In this document: in pieces, positions 57,876-64,000 of the stretch
How positions within the stretch are numbered: position 1 is the stretch's first letter
Layout: the number at the start of each line of letters is the position of its first letter
Source: a virus
Strand: one strand, 5' to 3'
IMG/VR virus record: IMGVR_UViG_3300003177_000010
Coordinates: 48,795-112,794 of that record
Length of the DNA: 64,000 bases
Notes under the pieces: generated by a model
What the model saw: the letters and a program-made list of their open reading frames with translations, nothing else
What the model was told of the DNA's origin: nothing
Database searches by the model: none
Position numbers and translations under genes: made by a program

Positions 57876-60062
57876 TTAGCCGGCAACAACTGTAGCAGCT
57901 AATGAATAGCGAGAGCTTAGACCTGCATTAGCAACAGTAGTTTTTGCTTTAAAGTCAAATCTAGTACTCATATATATAGCGGTAACTTGCTGGCGAGGTT
58001 CATACTCACTCTCTACTTCTATAGCTCTACGCTCACCAATCATGAATCCAGGTTTATAAATAAGAGACCCTAGGTGGTTACCAGTAGCACCTACATTGTC
58101 CATAAATTCAGAAACAACTACCGGGATACCATAAACAGCACCTACGGTACCTGTTTTATATGTAGCATCTGGACCAAACTTATCTACTGTTCTGAAGTCC
58201 GCAGTAGTAATTAGATTGTTATAACCTTCTACAGAAGTTACGTATACTAGGTCTGAGCCTACTTGTAAGCCATACTTACCTAGTAATACTCTAGCAGCAG
58301 CAATATTTGACGGGTCAGCTTTACCAGTAGCGGCACCTGTAGAGGTCTCTAAGGACGCAGCAGCAGCTAGCTTAGTAATGCCAGTTATAACAGAAGAGTA
58401 GCCTGTGCCTGCTGTAATAGCATTAGTAGGCGAAGCATTAAACCCTGTTAAGGTACCTGTGCCTCTAAGGATAGATTTATCTATAGCTCTAGCTAGTCTA
58501 CGTGTAGCTTGCTCACGTAAGTAATCTATAAGAGGTATTACATTATCTTCCTGCTCATCCTTAGGTAAGTGAGTAGATGCCATAAACTTATGAGGAGTAA
58601 GGTCTACAGCACTGATAGCACCTTGATTAGACGTAGGTACATTAGTAGTATCTGCTATACCAGTAGCATATGTGCCGCTCTTGAACATAGCTACATCACC
58701 ATCAGTATCTTCATCTGATACAGGGAAGCTAAAGCTTTTACTATTTACAGACATACGAGTAAACATAGGAGCTATAACTAAAGATTGTTCCATCTCTTTA
58801 TGTACTTCAGTAGAAAAGGTACTTAGGAGAGTGTCGAATACGTCACGTTTATCAAGTAACTTTGATAAGAAAACAGCTTTGGTCATGTCACCTTTAGAGA
58901 ACTGTGAAGAATTTCGTGAATTTTCCTGAAATTCCATTTTAGTATGCTCTAAAGCTTTGATTTCGTCTTTAGCTTTATTCATTTGAATTAGAAGCTCTTT
59001 AAGTTCTTCTTTTTCAGCAGAGTTATAATCGCCACGAAGATCTTCATTATCAGCAACCGCTAATAGTTTCTCTCCAGTTTCTTTAACTAATTGCTCCACT
59101 ACAGGGGCATTAACTTGGTTAATTGACGCAGGCTGCTTAGCAGGCACTTCATCTGTTTTTACCGCTTTGGTAAGGTCTATTGATTCTACGACTTGCTCAG
59201 CCATGTTTGTATTCTCCTTTGAATTTGAATCATCATGAAGTATCTCAGTTTGATTACTTTCACTTATTTTTTTCTCAGATAGTTGTGAAATTTCTTCTTT
59301 ATCCACATTAAGAATATTATTACATTCTTTACCATTTTCGTCAATTTCTAAAAATTTAAATATAGGGCTTTGGTCTGTCGCTATCTTAACTACCTTAAAC
59401 ATTTTATTTTTAAAATTAACTATGTCTCCGTTTTGCAGATCATTAGTATCTATATTATTATTCTCTTCAGAAATACTCTCATCGTTATCTACTATACTAT
59501 TATTTTTACTAGTAATACTATCTATAAAAGCCTTATAACTATTATCAGCATCAAAACTCTTTTTTACACTGAATAAAGACTCTTGATTGCAAGGTACTGA
59601 TACTACTGATATTTCTAATAATTCTACATCAGTTATAGTTAGAGAGTCCTCGTTATCATCATTACGCATACCGTCTTTAATTCTAAAACCTACACTAAAG
59701 CTTTTCAGCGCTTTATCCTGTATAAGAGTTTTTATTCCATATAGCTTCTCTGCAGCATCGCTAATAGAAGCCTCTACAAAAATACCTTTATCGTCGACAC
59801 TTATAGTATCAACTCTACCAATAGGCTGGTCATGCTTATGCTGATTAAGCAGTATAGGGTTATTTCTATAGTTATCTATACCTTTTCTCCAAGCATCTGC
59901 AGTAATTATATCGCCAGATCTATCTTTAGTAGTAGTGTTAGCATATCCTTCTATTCTAAGCTTTTTAGCTTTTTCTTTACTAGTTTTAGTAGTAAAAGGG
60001 CTATTTATATAAAATGTTTTTTCCATTAGTATTTCCTTATTTTTATTTAGCAGGTTTACCAC
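57876..60062 (-). CDS. fused HK97-type prohead protease and major capsid protein (internal start 59204)
   Basis: IEGYAN...DRSGD, ILLNQH, SFSVGF, LLEISVVSVPCN; C-part coiled scaffold plus HK97 fold; AAGGAG 9 nt before MAEQVV. Confidence 0.9.
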   Translation of the reverse strand: MVNLLNKNKEILMEKTFYINSPFTTKTSKEKAKKLRIEGYANTTTKDRSGDIITADAWRKGIDNYRNNPILLNQHKHDQPIGRVDTISVDDKGIFVEASISDAAEKLYGIKTLIQDKALKSFSVGFRIKDGMRNDDNEDSLTITDVELLEISVVSVPCNQESLFSVKKSFDADNSYKAFIDSITSKNNSIVDNDESISEENNNIDTNDLQNGDIVNFKNKMFKVVKIATDQSPIFKFLEIDENGKECNNILNVDKEEISQLSEKKISESNQTEILHDDSNSKENTNMAEQVVESIDLTKAVKTDEVPAKQPASINQVNAPVVEQLVKETGEKLLAVADNEDLRGDYNSAEKEELKELLIQMNKAKDEIKALEHTKMEFQENSRNSSQFSKGDMTKAVFLSKLLDKRDVFDTLLSTFSTEVHKEMEQSLVIAPMFTRMSVNSKSFSFPVSDEDTDGDVAMFKSGTYATGIADTTNVPTSNQGAISAVDLTPHKFMASTHLPKDEQEDNVIPLIDYLREQATRRLARAIDKSILRGTGTLTGFNASPTNAITAGTGYSSVITGITKLAAAASLETSTGAATGKADPSNIAAARVLLGKYGLQVGSDLVYVTSVEGYNNLITTADFRTVDKFGPDATYKTGTVGAVYGIPVVVSEFMDNVGATGNHLGSLIYKPGFMIGERRAIEVESEYEPRQQVTAIYMSTRFDFKAKTTVANAGLSSRYSLAATVVAG

Positions 60063-61215
60063 CTACACTAGGGTTTGTAGCACTACCAGTAATATTCTGA
60101 GGTACTCTAATACTATCTCCACCGCTTTCTAACGGTGACATCTCTAGTTTACCTCTTGCTTCATCAGGAGTTATGACCCCACTGTTAACCAAAGTAGCTA
60201 GATAAGTAGCTTGAATTTTATGATCCGGTTGTAGCGCTGGTAACAATTCAAATGCACTAGTAAATTGCGTTAATATAGGTAATATAGTGTGCTGATAAAA
60301 TAGTTTCTGATTTGCATCAATGTTAGCGTTGTTACCTGACTTAAGTAGCACGTAAGGAACTCCTAAAGCTTTTGCCATATCTTGCTGAATTCTTTCTATG
60401 GAGCCTTCAAAATCTAGTTGGGAAAAATTTATAGAGGAAAAGCTATCTATCTTTAAGCCACCGTCTAGTATTGCGGGGTTTCTAGCACCCTCAAAAATAG
60501 TAGTATAAGTAGATCGCCAAGCTTCTAGTAATCTTTCTTTTACTCTTTTAGACAAAACATTGTCCGTTGTTAGTACAAAGCCTGGTACTGCATTATTCTT
60601 AAAAAACTGTCTTTGAAAGTTTATCATATAGAAGTATAATTCTATTAACTTTTTTATCGGTTTTATTTTAGATGCACCTCTATAAATAGAAGCATCATTA
60701 TCATTTTTAATATGGATTATCTCTGACGTTGTAAAAAATATCCCACTACTTTTATTACTGACAGGTGAGGGACCAAAAAAACTACTATCAGAATGACTAC
60801 TCGTATTTCGGTATCTATAACCAGAAATAAATGTTTTTTTGTCTGGTATTATCTCAACATCATTAGCAGGTAGGGTATATAAATTAGACCCATCATAATA
60901 AAAAAAAGCATTACCATCTAGATGGAAGTCCAAAAAGGCTCTTCTAAACATACTTACCCTATTCTCATAAGGATTAGGTCGAGTATTTAGTAACTTAGCT
61001 ACTTTTACTATAGGACCGTTACCCTCTACTATAAGAGGCATCTCTACACAAGCATTAATTATCATTTCTACTGCTCTATGTATAATCTCTATGTCACTAT
61101 ATGCTTCTTCATAAGCAGCTATAGAAGTAGACGATACATTAGCAGAGCTACTAGTACTTATAGATGCTTGTGCTGGGTTAAATTTTTCTGAAACCCACTC
61201 TCTCCATCTACTCAT
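60043..61215 (-). CDS. portal protein
   Basis: LLN.RPN, LDGNAF, FFKNNAVPG, ILDGGLK, ALGVP, ITPDEAR. Confidence 0.92.
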   Translation of the reverse strand: MSRWREWVSEKFNPAQASISTSSSANVSSTSIAAYEEAYSDIEIIHRAVEMIINACVEMPLIVEGNGPIVKVAKLLNTRPNPYENRVSMFRRAFLDFHLDGNAFFYYDGSNLYTLPANDVEIIPDKKTFISGYRYRNTSSHSDSSFFGPSPVSNKSSGIFFTTSEIIHIKNDNDASIYRGASKIKPIKKLIELYFYMINFQRQFFKNNAVPGFVLTTDNVLSKRVKERLLEAWRSTYTTIFEGARNPAILDGGLKIDSFSSINFSQLDFEGSIERIQQDMAKALGVPYVLLKSGNNANIDANQKLFYQHTILPILTQFTSAFELLPALQPDHKIQATYLATLVNSGVITPDEARGKLEMSPLESGGDSIRVPQNITGSATNPSVGGKPAK

Positions 61216-61480
61216 ATTTTTCCCTTTGAATATTTAACCATTTTGACACTTTAGGGACTAGGTGATTCGAGTATCTCTGTCCATATATACTATGTAAGTT
61301 ATTATGGTGCGCTTTACATAACTCTCGTAATTCAGAAGCCTGTTCTATAGTATCAACATTAGTAATTTTATTACTATCTAGCCAGTTGTTAAGTAATTCA
61401 CTTAAGCTATATAAATGATGTAACTCTAAATTAGAAGTGGATTTACAAGCAAAACACTTACTACTTTTTAGTTCCGTCAT
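61208..61480 (-). CDS. HNH endonuclease (T5 nicking-endonuclease position)
   Basis: CFAC...LELHH...LCKAHHNNLH; between terminase and portal. Confidence 0.75.
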   Translation of the reverse strand: MTELKSSKCFACKSTSNLELHHLYSLSELLNNWLDSNKITNVDTIEQASELRELCKAHHNNLHSIYGQRYSNHLVPKVSKWLNIQREKYE

Positions 61481-61549
61481 AAATCCTCTTACTGTTACCT
61501 TATCTTATAATATTTTAATCTGTAGGTCCAACATTATTTTATAAAAATG

Positions 61550-62800
61550 TTAAATATATATATCTACACCACTCATTATATGATGCGTATATAATGCATA
61601 TCTAATAGCATCACTAGGGTGCGAGGGCCACTTATGCAAAGGCTTTTGATTATCGGAATTAGGGTTCCAAGAGTAGGCGGCTAAAGCCTTAAAGGTATAA
61701 TCTGCGCACTCTTCATCAAAAAATAATTTATCATGCTCTATTAAGCTTTGGACAAAGTTTATACCATCGTTTACTGATTTAATAGCGTTCGTACATTGTA
61801 TATCGTAGTCGTAAGCTAGATCCGCTTTAGCTTGCGCGGCAGCTGCATCTATATATATCGTTTCTATATCATACTTCTCTATCATAGTGCCCAATACTTC
61901 TGCTACTTGAGATGTGGTAGCTTCATTAGAATTATATTCATCTATAACATAATATTTATCTTGTATTACTCCTATAACTGCTAAAGCATTGGGGTCTCTA
62001 TAGCCTACGTCTAATCCGGCTATTACTTCGTCAAATTTTATACCATGGAAGTCTCCTACATGAGTTTCTTCATCTAAATACTCGTATATCTGAGCTTCTG
62101 TGGTAGTCCACTCACACATGTACTCTTGTGCAAATAATGCTTTAGTTGATGATTTTTCAGCTTCAGATATATCTTTTTCAGATAATAAGGGGTTACTTCT
62201 CCAGGTGTGTAAAGAGGACCCCCATTCTTCGTAGTCAGGATCTTCTCCACGCTTAAAATATTCATACATATAATTACCTTTACCGCGGGGGGTAGTAATC
62301 CATAAGCACCTAGAATCTTTAAAAGTAGACAATGCAGGGCGTAAGTCTCTAGTGAAATACTCTTCGTTAGGGATAATTGCAGCCTCATCTACTATCAGTA
62401 GGTTTGCAGCTCTACCGATTAAGGAGTCTCTATTAGCAGCAGATAGTAGTCTAAAAACAGAACCATTTATTAGCTTAATAACCTTATCTTTTTGGTTAAA
62501 CTTCTCAATCTCTACCCCGGTAGCTTTAATAAGGTCAGTAACATAGTCCCATATTATAGAAGATAAAGAGAAGTTGGGTGCAACTACCATTACTTGTTGC
62601 TTAGGCTCTAACAGCTTATCAAAAGCAATAATAGCCGCTGCGTAAGATTTACCGGTACGTCTTGCAGAAATATGTACCCAAAAACGGTTTTCATTTAATC
62701 CGTCAACCATCGCCTGTTGAGATTCGTTAAATTTAATATTTCCTGGTAGCTTACCTAATAGCTTAGCTATAGGTACTCTGAAAAAAGGTAATTTTGGCAT
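61550..62800 (-). CDS. terL: terminase large subunit
   Basis: ARRTGKS, LIVDEAA, ITTP, GLDVG, DAIRY. Confidence 0.93.
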   Translation of the reverse strand: MPKLPFFRVPIAKLLGKLPGNIKFNESQQAMVDGLNENRFWVHISARRTGKSYAAAIIAFDKLLEPKQQVMVVAPNFSLSSIIWDYVTDLIKATGVEIEKFNQKDKVIKLINGSVFRLLSAANRDSLIGRAANLLIVDEAAIIPNEEYFTRDLRPALSTFKDSRCLWITTPRGKGNYMYEYFKRGEDPDYEEWGSSLHTWRSNPLLSEKDISEAEKSSTKALFAQEYMCEWTTTEAQIYEYLDEETHVGDFHGIKFDEVIAGLDVGYRDPNALAVIGVIQDKYYVIDEYNSNEATTSQVAEVLGTMIEKYDIETIYIDAAAAQAKADLAYDYDIQCTNAIKSVNDGINFVQSLIEHDKLFFDEECADYTFKALAAYSWNPNSDNQKPLHKWPSHPSDAIRYALYTHHIMSGVDIYI

Positions 62801-63744
62801 CAGGCTACTATTTTCTTGACGTTCACTTCAACGTAGACTTCGACTTCGCCTGAGCCTGAAAAGGACCCCAACCCTGCGGGGTTGGCGATTTGGCAATAAT
62901 GCCTCAGCTCAAAAACAGTCGTGGCGGTGATCGTAATCCTGCCGCGCAATTGCGTTGGCCATGAATTAATATAGGCCGTCCATGATGACATCCCGATTAT
63001 TTGATAGACCGCAGCCGTTATATTGTAGAGCGCGAGTTGGGTCCTTTGCACCTCATACGCCGTAGCAAATGCATCTATGTCATAAGTGCCAGCAGGTAGC
63101 GTGATCCGCCCAGTCGCAGGAGCGTAACTAGCCCCCGCAATCGAATTGTGCCGCTCAACATTCAAGCTTCGAGTATTCCAGCCAGCCGCCGAAGCCCCGC
63201 CGTCTGTGCCGCTTGCCTGTTCCTGCCGCCATTGCGCCGATTGTGAGGTTTGCGCCACGATCTCTGCCTTAACCCCCACGACGTCCGGGTATTTCCCGGT
63301 GGCGGTGCCTGCCTGCGCCTCTGCCGTTGTTGCCTTTTCTACAGCACCTTTTGTAGTGGTAGTAGCGCTGGCAACGCTGGCCCCTGATATTTGATTAGCA
63401 GCTAAGGTTAAAGCACCTCCGGAGACATCTAAAGTGCTCCCACTGCCGACACTTATGTTGCCTGAGTTATATAGTATATCCTGCCACCCTACTCCAGTAA
63501 CATTAATCTTAGGTATAGACTTTACTGTAGTACCGTTAATACCGGCGAACCTGATGGAGCCGCCTTCACAACCTAGATACATGTTACCTCCACTATGGGT
63601 AATAGTGTTAAGCCTATCTACTCCTGCTACTCGGTCTGTATCTTCCATAGTTATAGAAGGAAAGGATGCGAATAATGTTAAATATTTTACATTAGCTTGT
63701 AGAGTGTTATCTATTACAGTATTTCCGTTTACTTTTATTGCCAT
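62800..63744 (-). CDS. tail fibre / virion appendage-like protein, mosaic GC
   Basis: MAIKVNGNTVID N-terminus, ATTTTKGAVEKATTAEA fibre repeat, beta-sandwich C-terminus (ITLPAGTY); SD AAGGAG. Confidence 0.65.
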   Translation of the reverse strand: MAIKVNGNTVIDNTLQANVKYLTLFASFPSITMEDTDRVAGVDRLNTITHSGGNMYLGCEGGSIRFAGINGTTVKSIPKINVTGVGWQDILYNSGNISVGSGSTLDVSGGALTLAANQISGASVASATTTTKGAVEKATTAEAQAGTATGKYPDVVGVKAEIVAQTSQSAQWRQEQASGTDGGASAAGWNTRSLNVERHNSIAGASYAPATGRITLPAGTYDIDAFATAYEVQRTQLALYNITAAVYQIIGMSSWTAYINSWPTQLRGRITITATTVFELRHYCQIANPAGLGSFSGSGEVEVYVEVNVKKIVA

Positions 63745-63756
63745 TTTCGTTTCTCC

Positions 63757-63999
63757 TTAAACTAGGCTATTTAATGTAGTAGCGAAAGCAGACGCCGCCG
63801 ATGTAATTCCAAGGTCAGAAAAGTGCGTGTTGTCCCCGATATATGCAGGGCCTGTGCTGTCGCCGGTCGCTGTGCTGAAATTCGGGTGCGCCTGCTCAAT
63901 ATCGCAAATTGCGGTTACGCCTAACGCTGCATAACCAGCCTTTAGAAGCGTATTGTAAGCCGCCACCTTGTCGTTTTGCAGCGGCGCGTTGCCTCTGCG
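63757..63999 (-). CDS. C-terminal end of an SGNH/GDSL-hydrolase-domain protein (partial)
   Basis: frame open to the window edge; AYNTLL...ICD...GDNTHFSDLG (DxxH). Confidence 0.65.
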   Translation of the reverse strand, partial: RRGNAPLQNDKVAAYNTLLKAGYAALGVTAICDIEQAHPNFSTATGDSTGPAYIGDNTHFSDLGITSAASAFATTLNSLV

Positions 64000-64000
64000 C

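Noticed and set aside
682-63760. Numerous short ORFs opposite or inside long genes (e.g. 2488..2772, 7492..7872, 37918..38358, 62074..62388)
   Set aside because: Shadow frames of real genes with no SD or recognisable motifs
1-64000. CRISPR array, tRNA or rRNA genes, integrase, reverse transcriptase/DGR
   Set aside because: No spaced direct repeats, cloverleaf motifs or matching protein motifs were seen by eye; a tRNA scan was not run
1-64000. Stop-codon reassignment
   Set aside because: Genes are full length and tightly packed under the standard code; TAG and TGA occur at natural gene ends

Overview
AT-rich (roughly 30% GC by eye) segment of a large lytic T5-like siphophage (Demerecviridae-like core gene order), standard genetic code, with host sigma70-type promoters. 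It has three blocks. (1) 1-4.0 kb, minus strand: ClpP-like protease, holin candidate, overlapping i/o-spanins, a PD-(D/E)XK exonuclease and a GapR/DsbA-like protein. (2) 4.1-37.0 kb, plus strand: ribosomal protein bS21, a small outer-membrane barrel, a vWA protein, an 8-gene tightly overlapping amino-deoxy-sugar synthesis and glycosylation operon, then T5-like replication and nucleotide genes (PC4, ligase, D5, DnaB, primase, PolA, D10 with intein, D11, D12/D13, class II RNR with intein, dUTPase, PhoH, fused D14-D15, DHFR, ThyA). (3) 37.0-64 kb, minus strand: terminase, HNH nickase, portal, fused protease-capsid ORF, neck with a LamG insert, T5-like tail tube, frameshifted chaperones, split tape measure, a lambda-like tail tip and two genes with GC-rich swapped modules. 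The best candidate for an undescribed system is the viosamine-type sugar pathway with four glycosyltransferases and a methyltransferase (probable virion glycosylation). Other highlights are an interleaved-stem RNA element after the tail tube gene, an antisense-promoted palindrome-rich intergenic element, an apparent AUA start codon and a second candidate -1 frameshift. All calls come from motif reading and recalled family knowledge; no searches were run.
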